Shown: positions 28,301 to 44,240, counted from the stretch's first letter. The stretch: DNA of 64,000 bases from Octopus bimaculoides (GCF_001194135.2 NC_068984.1:19651062-19715061); one strand, 5' to 3'. The notes: generated by a model not told the origin, from the letters alone. A program made the numbers and translations.

Positions 28301-31300
28301 ATCGTGCTAACGTTTCTGCCTGCTCACCACCTTTGGACACACATATTCACACTAAATGTAATATTATGTAATATTTTTAATATAAAACCTCGCCTATGTC
28401 TAGAAGGCACAGTTAAGGACTCAGAGTCTGCATGTGGCCTCTGATATTCTAGGTCCTAATTCCTTGATATAGACTCCCTCAATAGTCCAAATAAAACTTT
28501 TGGTTGATCAATAATGACTTAAACAAATTTCTTTGTCCACAAATACTTACCTTGCGTAGTTCAAGAGCATTTTTCACATCATCAGAGTTTGTGAAAGAAA
28601 CCTTTTCTGCAACTAAATGTTCCTCAGTTTCCAGAATATTCTGCACAACACTCAATGCATCTAAATATTGTTTCCACAAAACAGAAAGGCTGTTATAGTA
28701 ATTGTGCTTTTCGTGCAACAGGGCCTGCAGGGTTTCCCAGAATTCATGAAGTTGTTCCAACAAACCATGTACTTCGGCAGATTTGTTGTTGTCGTTTTGC
28801 ACAATGAGTCGACCAAGTTCTCGGATTTCTTCATACTTTGGGTTGAATTTGTAGACGGCATTGTTGGTTTCCTGTAAATAAATTTAGAAAGTGGTCAAAG
28901 AAGAGTCAACTTTAATCTCTTGAATAGCCTTGTGCCTATAGTAGAAATAATTATCTATTCGCAATCATTTATATTGTTAACACATGTAGTCAGAGCACAC
29001 AACATGGAGCTACATTAGGTGGTGGTGACAGCAGTGATGATGATAATGATGGTGATTAAACAAAGGTAGCAAAAGAAAATTGCTGTATTTCTGCATAAGT
29101 TCTACCATTTTATACTTGATTTCAATTGAAAAAAAAATTGGGGTGCAACTTATTTATACATGAAGCAAAGCTAAAACTATGAAGGTAAAAATTTTGTACC
29201 AAGACTTAACTCTAAATCAGGGGTGTGACATATACATGATGGCCCCAGAAGCCTGCTAGTGCCTGGCATGCAGAGCTTTCAACTGGCAGCACCTGTATCT
29301 CTAAATCATTTGCAAATAATATATATATATCATATTTACTTGTATAAGGTGTATTATTTTATACTTGATATTTCAAATGAAAAAACTAGGGTACAACTTA
29401 TACATGGGTAGAAATAGCAATTTACAAGTTTACCTCGATATTGTTGATCATATCAGTAACTCCACTTAATGAGGAATTTTCCACAGAAAAGGAATTCACT
29501 TCTGTCTCAAATGACTCCAGGTTTTCAATTAGATTGTTCCTCTTATTATTAAAATCTTGCCACTGTTTGTTCATTTCTCCAAGTTTTTCCTCTTTCTTGC
29601 TGACGGTCATATGTATGTCTTTACAAAGTGTCTGGATGTTCTGTAATTCTGAAGGAAAATGAAGTGATCTTTGTGTTGCTCTGTCTTTTATGGTGAGGTA
29701 TGATATTTTCATCAAAGAATCTAAATCCTTTATGGAATTATTCCAATCTTTCAGTTCATCAGCAATAGATTGGATTGATTCCATTATTCCAACGATTTCA
29801 GGTTCTTTGATATTAGATGAAGACAATTGTTGTTGAAGTTGTTTCAGTTTGATCTGATACTGTTTACTAGTTTCAGCATACATCAGCCAGTTTTCACATG
29901 CTTTCTCACGGTTTGTAGAGAGTTCATTTACTCTTTGGTAAATATCAGAGAGTCGATCATATCGTTCTTTAAGAACTGCTGCTTCATCTTCTGAGCAATT
30001 ATTTATGTAATATTGGAAATCTGAAGAAAGTTTCTTGTAATTGGGACCATTCTCGTGCCATTCTGACAGCATTGTCTAAAAATAAATAAAATAAAATCAT
30101 AAATAAGAATGATATTAAAAAAAGGAAGCAGTAAGAAATATTGAAAACAACACATAACTGTCAAGGTTTTTGTTTGTTGGAAGCATTACCCTCATGCTTA
30201 TAAGAGAAATGATCATTTGATTCAACTGCAGAGTTTCCTTTTGTACTCATAAAGCATTATGTACCTCAAATGCTCTTTGGATACTTCCATGTTAGAAAGG
30301 GTTTTAATCAAAGAAATTTTATGAAACATCATGAAAATTGTTCAAACTGAAGTCCTTCTTCAGCGACACATTTTTCCATTTGAGTCAATACAAAATTACA
30401 GATAGTATTTATTAAATTTTGATTTATTGTTGGGTGACGTTTGGTCAACCCTGTATATATACATACAATGAGCTTCGTTCAGTTTTCATCTATCAAATCT
30501 ATTGAGAGGGCTTTGGTTGGCCCAGGGCCATAGTAGAAGACACTTACCCAAGGTGTTATGTAATAAGACCAAACCCAAGACCACATGATTGGAAAATCAA
30601 CTTCTTATCTGCACAATCAACAGAAAGGTTAATTTCAAAGATATTTTAAATAAACTAGTTGAAGGAACTCTGGGGGCCCCTCTTCCAACCTTCTAAGCTT
30701 ATGAGATGATGATCTAATCAGAACAAGAAGAAAATTTCTTATTTACCTTAAACTCTTGCTGAACATTTGCAATATCATCAGAATAAATTTCTGAAGTTCG
30801 TGTAAGGTTTTGGTCACACAGATATAGCCAATGTTCCATATGAGACAAATTTGCATCAAATTCCTCAGATGATTTCAGAGCTAAAGTAATTGTCTTCTGG
30901 CGGTCTTCTGAAAGTATTTTGATATTATCCCAAGCATCTAAAATCTGTTTCTCACACTCCTCAAGTCGTGGAATGCCAGCAGGAATGGTATGTACTTTAA
31001 TTTTGGTGAACTGACTTTTAAGTGGTTCCATATTGTTATCTTGGTTGTGTATTTCTTCCTTCAAGGCCTAAAACAGAAACAATATTTAAAAGAGTTTTAA
31101 AGAAATGTCAGAACTTTAAGACAACATTTTCCTCATAATTTCCATATGCATTTATAAAGGAGAGATATCATTTCAAAGAATAAAAATATACATGTTTTAT
31201 GTTTTTTAATATTATTTTCTTCATTTGAGTTTGTTGTCGATAAAGAAATCATATTTACCAGCCATACATGAGTTAATTACACATCTCAATAGCACTTATT

Positions 31301-34300
31301 ATCCTAATGAAGAGAGTGTGAAAGTCTAGAAATACCATGATTTTGGATCAGTAAAGTTTATTTTTCCAAACAAAAGATAAATAAAAAAATATGATAAAAT
31401 ACAAATAAAAAAGTAAAAATAGAAAATAGCTACCTTTTTTATACATGCATACACTTATATACATATACATACATACAGTAAACATGTGCATCAATGATCT
31501 TTCTCTCACTCTTGTTCCTCTCAAAGAACGCTACAAATAAATACCTAGGCATTGAATAAATATGGAGTAATTATTGTGGCAAGCTGGCAGAATCATTAGC
31601 ATGCAGGGCAAAATACTTAAAGGTATGTCATCCATTCTTATGTTCCAAGCTCAAATTCCACTGAGGTCGACTTTGTCGTTCATCCTTTTAGGGTCGATAA
31701 ATTAAGTACCAGTTAAATACTGGGGTCATATAATCATCTTACCCCTTCCCCTGAACTTGCTGGCCTTGCGCCAAAATTTGAAACCAATAAATATAGTCTT
31801 ACAAAAATATTACACAAGACTAAGAAAAATAAGACAATATGCCATAATGCATTCACAGTATCAGTGTTGATACAAACATTCAAGACACTTGACTGGGCTT
31901 TAGAGGAAATTCACTCCATAGACATTAAAACCCACATGAGCCTGACATTGACTGGAAGCTTCCACAGAAATAGTAATATTGACAGACTTTATCTATGAAG
32001 AAATGAAGGAGTAAGAAACTTGAGATCAGTGCAAACAGTTTCCGAATGTTATATAGTCTCTCTCAGATAGCACCAGCTAAACAACAGCAGCAAAAATAAA
32101 TATATAAACTTAGTACTGAAAAGTGAAGAGAAAAAACATACTATATGTTGACATTAAACTCTTCAAAAAGTATATTCTTCCTGATGACTTACATACAACT
32201 TTAAAACTGCAGGGCTAACATACCTCAAAAAAGACCTGAATGAGAAACGCTCAGCATATCATAAAAAGATTATGCATGGGTATGTTTCCTGAACACTTGA
32301 TGACTATAATATTGACATGAAGTGCAGCCTTTCTTGGATTCACAACCACTACATTATGTCACACCTTGAAGACTGTGCATTTGCAATCCAAGAGCAGGAG
32401 GTTGCTTCAAAATACTTAATCAACAAAAGAGACAGTGAAGCTCCTTGAAGCTCCAAGATGCAACCAAAAATGTTGATCATGTCAAATTTCTGTGGAAGAC
32501 ATCACACATGTGACCAGCAGCTGCCCAAAAATGCTACCAAAGAGCTACCTCCCAGTGAGACGTGACATTGTTGCTAAAACAATATACAATGCCATCTGAA
32601 GAATGAAATGAGAAAATCTAAAGTTTAACTTGTAAATTAATGCAAGGAAAAATTCAATAGTTTTCCAATATTTTTGGAATATTTTTCAACAAAGCCAATA
32701 ATTTCAACAGTAATTGTAGCATTTATTCTTTGTTAGCCTAATAGTTTCTTCTCCTGTGTAATTTTTCAATATGTATTTTATATTAAGGTATATATTTAGA
32801 ACTGCTATGAATTAATTTTAAGGTTGAAATCCTTAGAAAGCAAGGTGGACTTGACAACTGAAGAATCCTAATTCTAAGCTACAATCAACTTTGATGTAGT
32901 CAGATTCCCTTATATTAGAGATTCCTTCATATTTCTGTTAGAATATCCAGAATTAATCATACTACGGTACAAATTTGATTAATTCAATATTCTTTTATAC
33001 CATTTACAAGGTCTTTCTTTGACCCATTTCTATATCTATATCTTAAAGATACATCAATCACCTCAAACCACATCTTTATTCAGATCATATCCCACTCTCC
33101 ACAATTTGCATTTCATTGCTTTGATGCTTTTGTTATTCAGGTATATTTCCAAATCATGAATTATTTATGAATAAAATTCTTTCTTTCCTTTACACATTTA
33201 CATTTTTAGATATATCATTGATCATTCAAACGATTCTATTGTAAATTAGAGCCAAGAGTGTTTTTAATGAATCCTCTATAAAAGAATTCATCCTTGACTT
33301 GCAGTTCTAACTCAAAGATGAGAAATAAATGATAGAATGACACAAACAACAATCAACTTACCTTACTTAATGCTAACTCATGGTTAAGAATCTGTAAATC
33401 AAATGTGTTTATTACAGGTGTAACATACAGCTTAGATTCATATTTATGGATGATAGTCTGGAACTTTTCTATACCATTTGCTAATGTGACAAAGGCTAAT
33501 TGTCTTTCTTCTATCTCACTAGTTTGTCTCTCAGTGGCATTCTGTATTTCATTTAGCTGTTGCTGAAGTTGGTCAATTTGTTGGATAACTTCTGGTTGGT
33601 TAGTTACTCGTAGACCCTCAGTACACAATGTCTCAAATATGATAGAATGTTTTTCATATTCTTGAATAAAAATCTAAGACAAAATAAAGGTAAATTAAGA
33701 AAATGTTACATAAAAGCCTTTTTTTTTTTTTCATTTGTAGCAATAAAAGAAGAACCAAACAATCAATCAGGAAAACATTTGTCCAAGAACCCCCCAGTTC
33801 ATTTCCATCATCAATTCAGATGATACCTTTGAATTATTCATTCTGTAAACAATTCCATTTTCTTCTATCCCAACCAATATATATTCTTATACATTTACTT
33901 ATTGATTCCTTCATCACTAATTCAATAAGTAAAATGAAGTGTATGCTTCACTAATGAGGACATAATAAGACCAAAATATGTCTGGAGCTGTCTGTTGTAC
34001 TTATCAAAATAATGAATATAATATTAGTAATTAATTAATTCTACATTTGCTTCATTGAATCATTATTTCTAATTAACTCCGTTTATTAAATATATTAACA
34101 CTAACTTCATTATTCATATAGAATGTTTAGGCTTCAATCAGTGAGTTTCAACTAAATTCACTTTATTCACAAATGTAGTTCAAAAAAGAATCATACAAAA
34201 TGATGCATTGCGGATGCCTGAAAGTGGCATTAAATACAAAGGTAGTAACAAAAAAAAACAAAAAAAAGAAGCTTTTGTATATTAAAAAAAGGTATTAAAC

Positions 34301-36883
34301 ATGCAATATTTGGATGTGAGATTGTGAAGCTAGTGTAGTTTCCAATTATTTGTTTCTACACAAAACATCAACATCATCATCATGACTTGTTTTGATGACC
34401 ACTTTTCCATGTCTGCATGGCTCAGATGGAATTTGCTGAGTCAGATTTTCTACAGCCAGATGCCCTTACCATTGTTAGCTCTCACCCATTTCGAAACAAG
34501 TCAGACAGGTCTTTCATAGAAGACTGGAAATGAATGATAGTAACATATATGAAGATGATGCCCATGTGCAACCATTATGCAATATCAAAAGAAGGACACA
34601 GACACACACACACAAACAAACACACACACACACAAACGCACAAAGGATGGGGTAATTCAGTCATAGGACTAACATAATTTATTACTAAACATAATGTCCA
34701 TAGTTCTGGGTTCAGTCCCACTGCATGACACCTCAGGCAAGTGTTTTCTACTAAAGCTCTGAATCAACCAAAGACTTGCGAGTGGATTTGGAAGACAGAA
34801 ACTGAAAGAAGCCCATCATATATGTGTGTGTGTGTGTGTGTGTGTTTCTGCCTACTTGTCTTGACATCACATGATAGTTGTAAACGAGAGCCACCATCAT
34901 ATAAGCAGTGTCATTTATATCCAATCTTTTATGAAAACATGTCTAGTCATGGAGAAATATTGAATTTGCATGGAAACGGGTGAGGGTTGGCAAGAGAAAG
35001 GGCCTCCGAATGAAGAATTGTTTCTGACCCATCAACAAATTTCTGCTTGACTCTTGCAGGCAATAAAAGAAGTGGATATTAAAATGACAATGAAGACGAT
35101 GATGATGACGATGATGGTGGTGGTGGTGGTGGTGGTTATGATTATGATGATGATGATGACAATAAATCGTAATTTGTTGTGACATACTGTATTAAAAGCT
35201 TTTGCAAAACTCTAGGTAAACTACTGAAGTATCTTCCATCCATGTTCGCAAAGGAATTTTATTAAAATTTCATTAATTATGGTTTCCATACATGCTATAC
35301 ATGTCAAGTTAATAGGACAATAATTTTCTATCTTAGATATTAAAAAAAAAAAATTATGTACTGGAATAACTAGAAAGTAAGGACAATAGTTGTTATTACT
35401 GAACGGATTCAAGCAGTATTTCTAAGATTAAGAAGTGGCCAACTATATCATTGTTGGCAACCTTTAAAAACTGAGCAAGAGATTATCAAGTTTCCAGCTG
35501 TTTGGTCCAATATAATAACAGTGGTCAGTACATTGCAATATTGAAATGACTCTAATAAAATCTGACAAACAATGGCTGATCTAATAATTCAAAGATACCA
35601 TCCATATGGAAAGTAATAGCTAAGTTAGTGTTAATATATTTAATATATGGGCAGTGCTAAAAACTTAAAGAATAATACAGTGAAGGTAAAAATATGTTAA
35701 TCTATGACTAATATCATTTTCATTTTTCTAGTAAGAGTAGGAAACAACTCTAGCCATGTTTTTATCTTATTCTGATCTCATCAGTAAAGTAAAACATCTG
35801 TGTATTTGCCTAAGTAGTGATGAATGAATCACTAAGTAAATATACAAGATTTTATATTTGGTTTTCAAGATTCTTGATGAGAACTTGTGTGTTGAAACAT
35901 ACTTTGTTGTATCTCAGGAAGGATATTACACCAATTATAAACATACACACACTGGTTCTTGTCATCATCATCATCATTAAACATGTTTTCCATGTTGGTA
36001 TGGATTAAATGGTTTTACAGGAGCTGGCCAGCCAGTGGGTTGCACCAGGTTCCAATTGTCTGTTTTGGCATGGTTTGCATGGTAGGATATCCTTCCTAAT
36101 GCCAACCACTTTACAGAGTGTGCTGGGTGCATTTTACATGGCACCAGCATGGGTGCTTCTAATGTGACACCAGCATGTGGAACTAGCATGGGTGCGTTTC
36201 ATAAGGCACCAGCATGGGTATTTCACTTTATTATTTGTCAATTGGCTGGCTATTTAACCAATTGATAAATTGATTCATTATTCAGTCAATCAATCAATAA
36301 TAAATCAATCAATCAATCAATCAGTTAAGTTTGTCAAAGTATTTTCATCACCATTTGTGACCTTTCTATTCCAGATCTGCTTGAGGTCTGTTGCATGCCA
36401 TTGATGAAGTAGTGAATGGTAATAAAAAGGCTCTGGCAAACCTAACTGAGTAAATGACTGACCAAACATCAGCAGTCATGAACTCTTTACTCAGAGCCTG
36501 AAGATTCATGACTTTTCTTGGGAAAGGTACAGCACTGGTTTCCTGTTACCTTCTGCCATTTATTTAGTTTACTCTACTGGTCTCTTGCTCTCTTGAGCTT
36601 GTTCTTGAGGCACATGGCCTACTTAGCCTTTACGCAAGGGGACTGGTTCACAAGATGTTAGGGTACGTCCACCAAACGTTGGACTGTGACACAAGTAAGG
36701 AGCCAGTCCTACTCCAAGTCCTGTATGCCTTAGCCACAGGACCACCTTCTGTTATTTAACCCTTAAGTGTGGCCTTTTATGTGTACTATCAGCACAAGCA
36801 AGAGCAAACTTGGAATAATGATGACTAAAGAGTAACTCCATTTCTCTGCAATCTCCCTGGAATTTCATCACAAAACACAGCTT

Positions 36884-36952
<69 letters not shown>

Positions 36953-38265
36953 TGTGTGTGTGTGTGTGTTTTCTTGTTAACACTTTCACCCTCCGCAAAA
37001 AATTCCAAATTTTATTTAATTTGCTGTTCCAATGGAATTGCGTAGTCCTTGCCTTCGAAACGCAGAGTAGATGGAACAGGGACAACTGATGAAGGGTTAT
37101 ACTCTTTATATTGCATGTCTCGTTTCTCTGTTTGTGTTTTTTCATTGTTCGAAAAAAGTTTGTTTTCTGTTTTCGTTTTTATGTTTGCATTTCTCATTGT
37201 GTTTAACGTTTTTTTGATGTCCTGTACCCATAAATGCATGTATGTATACATATAGATGTAGGTATGTACATATATGTATGGATACATGCATATATTTATA
37301 TATTATTTATATTATTATATGTATATGTGTGTGTNNNNNNNNNNACACACACACACATCATCATCATCATCATCATCGTTTAACGTCCGCTTTCCATGCT
37401 AGCATGGGTTGGACGATTTGACTGAGGACTGGTGCAACCGGATGGCTACACCAGGCTCCAATCTAATTTGGCAGAGTTTCTACAGCTGGATGCCCTTCCT
37501 AACGCCAACCACTCATATAATTAACAGTTAGTTGTCCTTAAGTCAGACAAGAAGCAATCTCAAATGGAGTTATACAACCTCAGTTACTTTACATAAAACC
37601 TACCCATAACACCTAATGAACTCCATGAGGAGACTCCTCAAGAGAGTCGCCAATATCCCAAAGTGTAATGATTAATGTGTCACCAACAGTAACATTTTGC
37701 CTAGTTGTATGTTACAAATAGTAATGATATACTGCTTGACAATATACATCTACTTTCCTTTGATAGAATGTAATTTGTTTTAGAGTTATTTTGTTTGCTT
37801 TTTGTTTTGTTTTACCAAGGGCAAAATTTGATGTGTTTTGATTGAAAATGAATCAAATATAGATGAAATTCCTGATTACAGAGATTATATCAATCTCTCA
37901 ATGATACGTATTTATAACTAGGCAGATGGGGACATTGAGAGATAAATGAGATAAAAATGCTGTACAGTGCTGATGTTGTATGGAAGGCCAACACTGAAAC
38001 AATTGAAGAAGCAGTGACTATCCTCACTTTAATGACATTCTTAGTATTCTTTCTGTTTATCTCTACCTGTCCATTTCAGATACACATAAACAAGTGTATT
38101 CTATTATATACCATAATAATTTGTTTTCATATATAACCTATGGGTATCCAGCTGTAGAAACCATGCCAAGGCAGACAACACAGCCTGATGCAGTTCTCTG
38201 GCTTACTAGCTCCTGTCAAACTGTCCAAACCATGCCAACATGGAAAATAGACATGTGACGATGAT

Positions 38266-38296
<31 letters not shown>

Positions 38297-41200
38297 ATGA
38301 TAAAGCTACATTTTAAACATTAGAGATATCAATACATATAAATACCTGATGATCTTTATATAATTGTGTAGAATCTTCAAGTGAGGAACATTTTGGCACT
38401 TCTTCGGAGCAATACTTCTGTGCTGATTCAATCCATGGTAATAATTGCTCAAGTAATAGACTGTATTTCTTCCAATGAGAAACACTACCAGTATATGATG
38501 ACTTATAGTCATCAGCCTTATTTACAAGTTGTTGCCATTGTCGACGGATTGTTACCAATTTAGACTTTAAAGCAGCTGTCTCTCTGGAACGGAAGTTTTG
38601 GACAAGACCTTTCGCATCTTCTTCCAAGTTGTCCAGTGTAACATGGTTATTTTTCACTTCGGTGCAGATTGTCTATAGATTAAATAAACAAATCAAATAA
38701 ATAAATAAATAAATAAATAAATAACTATTGGTAGATTAAATAAATAAATAAACATTAAATTAATAACTGTCAGTATATGAAATAAATAAATAAATAAATA
38801 AATAGATAAATAAATAAATAAATGAATAAATGAATGAATATTAAATAATAATTGCAAACAAATTTCTTCAAAATTGAAGAATCAAATGAAAGACAACAAA
38901 ATGAATGATGAAGGAAAATAATTGGAAAAACTTTGTACATTATGTCTGATATCAAATGGGATAAGTTGGCAGCAAGCTATTAACCCTTTCGTTACCATAT
39001 TTCTTTTGAGATGCTCTGTTTCTTTCAATTATTTGAAATAAAACAAAGAATTTAGTAAAATAACGTAGTTATCATTAAGATAGTGTCAGGAACATAAATT
39101 GTGACTAAGGTTTGGTTGAAGATTTTAATTCAGAACTTATAAAAACAAGACATTTGTATTACAGAGCCAGAGAGGCAGTTTCAGCCGGGTCAGTCTCATG
39201 ATCATGATAATCATCATCCAGTGTTTTAAATTTGGGTTTTGTCCTTGTTAATGGAGGTTGCCAGATCTACCTCAATGCCATAGCAATCGCCCTCACACCA
39301 TCTCGCCGTCTTGCCCGGTTTTGGGCATCCTCCTTTTTCAACTCCTCCCTCCCAGTCTCCTCCTCCAACTATCCCCTCAACTTTTTCCTCAGTCTACCTC
39401 GCTTTCATGCTCCTTTTACTTCAAACACAATCACCCTCCTCAGAACATGCCCTTCATCCCTCCTCAACACATGCCCATACCACTTCACTATATTTGCCCT
39501 TGCCAACCATTCCACCGATTCCTCCAACTCCAGCACTCCCACCAAATCCTCAGTCCTCCTCTTTTATTTTTTTTTCTTATTGCCCACAAAGGGCTAAACA
39601 TAGAGGGGACAAACAAGGACAGACAAAGGGATTAAATCGATTACATCGACCCCAGTGCATAACTGGTACTTAATTTATCGACCCCGGAAGGATGAAAGGC
39701 TAAGTCGACCTCGGCGGAATTTGAACTCAGAACGTAACGGCAGACGAAATACCGCTAAGCAGTTCGCCCGGCGTGCTAACGTTTCTGCCAACTCGCCGCT
39801 TATCAAACAGCTTCACCCCACACATTTCTCTCACCATTGCTCTCTGTCCTTCTCAAAATTACCATCTCTCTCTCCCTCAGACACCATGTCTCATTCCCAT
39901 ACAGCATTGCAGCTCTATCAAAAGGGTTAAACACCTCTTTAGAATGTATAGTCATATCTAGTGAAGGCTCATGGCTAAGTAGTTAGGGTAGTCAAGTCAA
40001 GATCATACGGTTGAATTCGATACCTGATGGCACATTGTGCCCTTGAGCAAGACATTTTATTCTCATTGCTTCAGTCTATTCAACTGGCAGAAATGTGTAG
40101 TACCAGTAATTCAAAGGGCCAGCCTTGTCACATCCTGTGTCACACTGAATTTCCTTGAGCACTATGTTAAGGGTAAGCATGTCTGTGGAGTGTTCAGCCA
40201 CTTACTCATTAATATCATGGGCAGCTGTTCCATGACCAGACCAACCGGAACCCTTGTCATCACAACCAACAGAATGCTAGTTATATTCATATCTACACAA
40301 CGTATTTCGAATGAGTCAGTCTCCAGTCTTACAAAAAGGGAAGAAGTTCAAGTCAAACTGGAAGCCTAGTTTAAATGCTTGCAACAGAATGGATTCATCC
40401 ACTAAAAGTAACCACAGTGCCAGGCAATGATGTTAAACCAGGTGATGGGTTAGGTCTACTACCCATGAATACTGCTAGCTACATTGAAACCTAGCATTTT
40501 AATTAGAACTTCCAGAAGCTGATCCATGAACCAGTTCAGACCATGAGCTGAGAAGTTCTGAGTTGTTCAGGTGAGTTCAGTAGAATTACTTATACATACA
40601 TGTGCAGGTATGGTTGTGTGGTAAGAGGTTTGCTACCCAATGACATGAGTTCAGGATCAGCTCCACTGTGTGGCACCTTGGGCAGGTGTCTTCTACTATA
40701 GTCCTAGCCTGACCAAAGCCTTGTGAATGAATTTGGTAGGTGGAAATTGAAAGCCCATCACGCGTGCATGCATGTGTGTTACCATTTTCTTGCTCTGACT
40801 TTGCATGATATTTGTAAAATGAGTGTCATTGTCATGTAAATGGTGTCCTTCTTTCCAATCTTCAGAGAAAACATGTTTGACCATGGGGGATATATTACCT
40901 TACTTGGAAACAGATGAATTTTGTCAACACGAAGGGCATCCTGCAATAAAAAATCTGCCTCAAAAAATTCTGTCTGACCCACACAAGCATGGAGAAGTGA
41001 ACATTAAAGTGATGATGATGATGATGACATTAACAGCATGTAGGTGTTCTACATATCACCATGTGTCTGCATGTATGATTGTACCAAGGTTCCTAAGAAT
41101 TTAATTTCAAAGTGTCACTAAATTGTACAGTAAATCTATTAATATACATAGCTCTGGTGTATTTAGAAAGACATTTTATGACAAGCAGGTTGAAATGTTT

Positions 41201-42529
41201 TTAATCAAGTGTTTTCTAAAGATGACAGCCATGTATTGCTGTCCTTCAGTCCTTTCACTCACCCATCCTTTATCTCTCTATCTCTTTCACTCACACACAC
41301 ACACACACACACACATTATTCCTTCCCTCGTCACATAATTCTATACATAGAAAGATGGTTGAAGAAATATTCTGACAAACAAAAATGTCTAGCCACAACT
41401 TTGGAGGTTACTTGAGTGCTATACCAAACACTGTGAAAGTATTTACAAAATCAGTCACTTAAATGACGTTTGACTTCATCCACAGAGAAAATCAAAATGG
41501 CAGTGAATGTGTAATCAAAACGGTCAGAGACACTGGAACTAAGTTTTGGAATCAATTATGAGTCTGCTGGCAGACATAAAGAGAGAAGTTGGTGCGAGGA
41601 AGGGCATCCAACTTTAGCAACTAAGCCAAATCAGATTGGAACTTGATGCCAGCATGGAAAATGGACATTAAAAGATGATGATAGTGATGAAGATTATATT
41701 ATATTTTATTATATTCTTTTATTCCTTTACTTGTTTCAGTCATTTGACTGTGGCCATGCTGGAGCATCACCTTTAGCCGAGAAAATCAACCCCAGGACTT
41801 ATTCTTTGTAAACCTAGTATTTATTCTATCGGTCTCTTGTGCCGAACCGCTAAGTTACGGGGGACGTAAACACACCAGCATCAGTTGTCAAGTGATGTTG
41901 GAGGGGACAAACACAGACACACAAACATACATACATATATACACATACACATACATATATACAACGGGCTTCTTTCAGTTTCCATCTACCAAATCCACTC
42001 ACAAGGCTTTGGTTGGCCTGAGGTTATAGTAGAAGACACTTGCCCAAAGTGCCACGCAGTGCGACTGAACCCGGAATCATGTGGTTGGTAAGCAAGCTAC
42101 TTACCACACAGCCACTCCTACGCCTATATTATATTATATTATATTATATTATATTATATTATATTTCACTGAGTTTTTCTATAGTAGAGTATTAACCAGT
42201 GATAGTTACAACATAGTTTTATTTCCTTTGAAACTGTTTCTTTATTTGTTGTTATTGTTTAACTTTAGGTCGGACCAGATCAAACAAGACTTATGTTCAA
42301 AGTTATGCCACCCATGAATATCTCATTTCTTTATCTTTCAAACATAATATATAAAGGGTTACATTATTCAAAATGTCCTTCCTTCCTTTTTAGATATGGT
42401 ATGGGATAATTTGATGTGGATCTGGCAGCTCTTTCTAACAGGTCAAACAATTGCACAACCACTCCTTTGGTGACCAATTTCTTTAATATTTTGTAAGTTG
42501 CTTACTACTACTACTACATCTACTGCTGT

Positions 42530-42590
<61 letters not shown>

Positions 42591-44240
42591 ACTACTACTG
42601 CTACAACTACTACTACTACTACCACCACCACTACTGCCACTAGTAGTGGTGGTGGTGGTGGTGGTGGCAGCAGCAGCAGTAGTAACATTGTATCACCATA
42701 TATTCAGGATATTAATAACATAATTCTATGATATTCACACGTTATTTCCCATTTTCTGTACAACTGAAATACATATTCTTTTACAAGGAAACCTATAATC
42801 AAAGATATTCCAACTAGCAATCCCTTCCATTTTCCTTTTCCAGATATAATGTATTTTGGACAGCATTATCCAGTCTATTCCTTCTATAATGGTAGGATGT
42901 CATTTGAGGTAGAATGGGTTACTAGCTCTAGCTGATCAGCTAATCACATGCTTCACTCTCTCTCCCTCCCTCCATCTCTTATTGATTCGTTTCTTTAATA
43001 GTAGAGATTGGAAACACTTCCCAGCTGGGTGAACAAATAAGCATTTTACTGTGATACATCAATAAATGATGCCAACTATTTTTACTTAGTTTAAAGCAGG
43101 AGGAGTCTTGGTTAAAGAAACACATTGCAAGATCTTTGGTAAGGTTCATATTGTTGTAATGCACATGGTAACCTCATATGTGTGTGCTAAAGATTCAGAG
43201 ATAACAGTTTCTACATGAATGAACACAGCTTCCTTTTGTAAGGTTATTTTTCTGTATTGATATAATCCTTATAAGGATGTATATTCTCCATAAATTAACT
43301 ATTTTCTACACTATCTGTATCACTGAAATTCCTACTCTGTGGAGATTTTTTTTTTTTATTCTTATTACATTTGGCATTTCTTCAATGAAGGATATTCCAA
43401 CATTGGTGTAGACTGACATACATACAGACAATGAAACACAGGCCATTAAATATATGTAGATATGGAAAGCAGACAGTTGCACTGTATGTCTAGGTGATAT
43501 GAACTCACAAGAGTTTGGTCAGCATCCAGTACATGATGTGAAGCAGTTAGCACTAAGAAGGGCAACCAGCTGTAGAAACCGTGCCAAAGTAGACGGTGGA
43601 TCATGCATGATGCAGTCTTTAAACCTGTTGGATTCCATAAACCATCCAACCCATGCCAGCATGGAATATAGACTTTAAATGATGATGATGACAAGGAGGA
43701 GGATTTTCTTAATGGCTAAGCCAGAGGAAGAAGCATAAGGCTCCATGACCCTTTCCCAGATTTCTGAGAGCAATGAAAGGAAAGGAAGAAGTTATCTTTA
43801 GATTGGAGACTTGATCACAACACTTGCAACATACTGGGCCCTACCAAAGGCACCAAAGGCACAAAAGGCTCACATAGTGGTGTTAAACTGAGTGATAAGT
43901 TAAGATATCTCCAACCCTGAAGAACAGGAAAGAACTTTCCAACAAGTTTCAGCACAATTTCTCTCCACCAAATTTCTCTCTCAAGGTTTTCAAATAGAAA
44001 AACAACACCGCACAATGGGATTGAACCTGAATCAGCATTGTTGTAATAGAGCAAACCAGTTAACAACATAATCACAACCATACCTGCACTCACATAAGAG
44101 TCAACAGGCCTGCAGCTTAATCAAATAAATATGTTGTTACATGAAACAGGATCAAAGGAATGGTCTAATACCATACTTTAGGCTAACCTAACACTTGCCA
44201 GCGAGAGAACAGGGACATTAAAACAATGATTGTGATAAAT

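Noticed and set aside
29441-29662. Plus-strand ORFs overlapping exons (also 10848-11051, 24003-24209, 28504-28698, 28668-28877, 38381-38563)
   Set aside because: Antisense shadows of the spectrin-repeat exons
42979-43164. Minus-strand 61-aa ORF in the 12.5-kb intron as a possible extra exon
   Set aside because: No spectrin pattern or convincing splice sites; exons 1 and 2 already join in phase at the homologous repeat position
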